64,000 bases of DNA, taken from assembly GCF_009931435.1 (NCBI RefSeq), contig NZ_CP043414.1. The stretch is one strand, 5' to 3'. The notes under the pieces were generated by a model. The model had not been told where the DNA came from. It made no database searches and saw nothing but the letters and a program-made list of their open reading frames with translations. A program made the position numbers and the translations under genes. The stretch comes from Escherichia coli. Lineage in GTDB: Bacteria > Pseudomonadota > Gammaproteobacteria > Enterobacterales > Enterobacteriaceae. Shown piece after piece: positions 61,255 to 64,000 of this stretch (position 1 is its first letter; each line of letters begins with the position of its first letter).

Positions 61255-62278
<1,024 letters not shown>

Positions 62279-62641
62279 GGTAATATTAAATCGGAACATT
62301 TACATCGCGGAATGTAAAATTTAAATAAAAAGGACTCTTCCATGAGCCAAAATTCCTGAAATCTTAAGGGTAAGATAAAAGGTCTTAATCAGAATGACAC
62401 GTTATTATTAATAAATAAAGCTATTCTTTCATTGCTGTGTTTTTCTTTACAAAAGTAATCCTTGCTATGGGTGGTTAATCATGCGTTAATGGTGTTCTGG
62501 TTTGTTACAAATTTATCTGAAGCAGTCATTGTTATAATTTTATTATTTGTACCTCTTGAGATTTCCTTGTTGGTTTTTCTCTCTGATATTTTTTTTCGGA
62601 CCATTCTGCCCAAGGGCTAATTTCTTCAAAAGGTAATAATT

Positions 62642-62854
62642 ATGTCTAACAAAATGACTGGTTTAGTGAAATGGTTTAACCCTGAAAAAGGTTTTGGTTT
62701 CATCACGCCGAAAGATGGCAGCAAAGATGTGTTTGTCCATTTCTCAGCAATTCAGAGCAACGATTTCAAAACATTAACTGAGAATCAGGAAGTTGAATTT
62801 GGTATTGAGAACGGACCTAAAGGCCCTGCCGCTGTTCATGTAGTGGCGCTTTGA
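62642..62854 (+). CDS. cspI: cold-shock protein CspI
   Basis: 70-aa CSD ORF with KGFGFI motif and AT-rich leader. Confidence 0.9.
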   Translation: MSNKMTGLVKWFNPEKGFGFITPKDGSKDVFVHFSAIQSNDFKTLTENQEVEFGIENGPKGPAAVHVVAL

Positions 62855-63058
62855 GGTAGACAATATTACAAACCATATTCACTTTAGATGCCCGTGTTGT
62901 CATGGTTCCCAGTATAGAACATCATCTTTTGATGTTTCTGACATGAATCCTTTCGGGGCAAAATGTATCTTTTGTAAATCAATGATGATTACATTTGATA
63001 ATATTTCACAATACTTAAATGCCAGCCGTCTGTCGTTGGATTTAAAAAAGTGAAAATG

Positions 63059-63081
63059 AAGGCTCCTTCGGGAGCTTTTTT
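63059..63081 (+). terminator. intrinsic terminator after cspI
   Basis: AAGGCTCC-TTCG-GGAGCTTTTTT. Confidence 0.7.
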
Positions 63082-63125
63082 GCTTGGTATCTATTCGATG
63101 GATACTCACATACTACGGTAACATC

Positions 63126-63356
63126 ATGAAAAAAATCATAGTTTTTTTTAACTCTGAACCAGCAGTGGTAGTGCCAGCGATGACTGGAGTTAACACCATC
63201 ATGCGTGAATATCCAAATGGCGAAAAAACACACCTTACTGTAATGGCCGCAGGGTTTCCATCTCTGACCGGAGATCATAAAGTCATTTATGTAGCCGCGG
63301 ATCGACATGTTACTTCAGAAGAAATTCTGGAAGCAGCAATAAGGCTCTTGAGTTGA
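63126..63356 (+). CDS. hypothetical protein (YnfN-like position)
   Basis: ORF 63084..63356 (TTG); first ATG at 63126 gives 76 aa; identity not recognised with confidence. Confidence 0.4.
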   Translation: MKKIIVFFNSEPAVVVPAMTGVNTIMREYPNGEKTHLTVMAAGFPSLTGDHKVIYVAADRHVTSEEILEAAIRLLS

Positions 63357-63527
63357 TTTGATGCTATTGTATTGATAATTCAGGAAAATTCTCTTTGTCT
63401 GTTTGTGTAAAATTTAGACTATCGTATGTTGATTATTGCGATGTTTCATCTTATCTTTTACACGTTTGCACCATATAATCGACTTACTGTGTAACTGGAA
63501 AGTCATAACAGACTAAAAGAGGAAATG

Positions 63528-63701
63528 ATGAATATTGAAAACTTAAAAACAAAAGCAGAAGCAGATATTTCTGAATATATAACAAAAAAAATTATTGAAC
63601 TTAAGAAAAAGACCGGGAAAGAAGTTACCAGTATTCAGTTTACCGCACGGGAAAAAATGACGGGTCTTGAAAGCTATGATGTCAAGATTAATTTAATCTG
63701 A
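63528..63701 (+). CDS. gnsB: GnsA/GnsB-family protein
   Basis: 57-codon ORF by manual translation (MNIENLKTKAEADISEYITKKIIELKKKTGKEV...), AAGAGGAAA RBS; below ORF-track cutoff. Confidence 0.75.
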   Translation: MNIENLKTKAEADISEYITKKIIELKKKTGKEVTSIQFTAREKMTGLESYDVKINLI

Positions 63702-64000
63702 TGTATTCAATAATAAAATTTATCCATAAACCTCGTTTTTACGGGGTTTTGTTATATTTGAATGGTTCCGAATATCTAAATCACAATTGTTGATGGTTTT
63801 TATTAAACCAATGCAGTCCGGCTCAGGAGTGAGAGAAGCCGGACGTTATGGTTTAGCGTGGTAAGATCTGTGTAGTTTTCTGGATGCTTTCAGTAAATAG
63901 TAATGAGTTATCAAAGGCATAGTAATATCTTTGGTGTTCCTGGATATTTGTAACCCATCGGAAAACTCCTGCTTTAGCAAGATTTTCCCTGTATTGTTGA

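Overview
The window reads as an Escherichia coli chromosomal segment in two parts, identified from the sequence alone and from recalled K-12 gene order (no searches were run). Positions 1-45467 are conserved core genome in the K-12 order malI'-hdhA-uidRABC-ydgA-manA-fumAC-tus(+TerB)-rstBA-ydgC-folM-ydgI-ydgH-pntAB-tqsA-mdtJI-ydgD-asr-ynfM-ynfL-mlc-ynfK-clcB-dmsD-ynfHGFE-ynfDC-speG-ynfBA-rspAB. From about 45468 to the window end is a Qin-like lambdoid prophage inserted 93 bp into a ydfJ-like transporter gene: int-xis-exonuclease-ydfD-dicB-DicF-ydfCBA, an immunity switch, a replication module with in-gene iterons, a hok type I toxin locus, rem-ydfU-quuQ, cold-shock genes and a pinholin/SAR-endolysin/Rz lysis cassette. 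The best candidate for an undescribed system is an AT-rich orphan gene of about 341 aa (54498-55523) between the replication module and hok, where K-12 Qin (as I recall) carries relBE; its function is unknown and any defence role is a hypothesis. No rRNA, tRNA, CRISPR array or IS element was seen. Motif coordinates are hand-indexed and may be off by 1-2 nt; CDS coordinates derive from the ORF track with starts adjusted to recalled protein N-termini.
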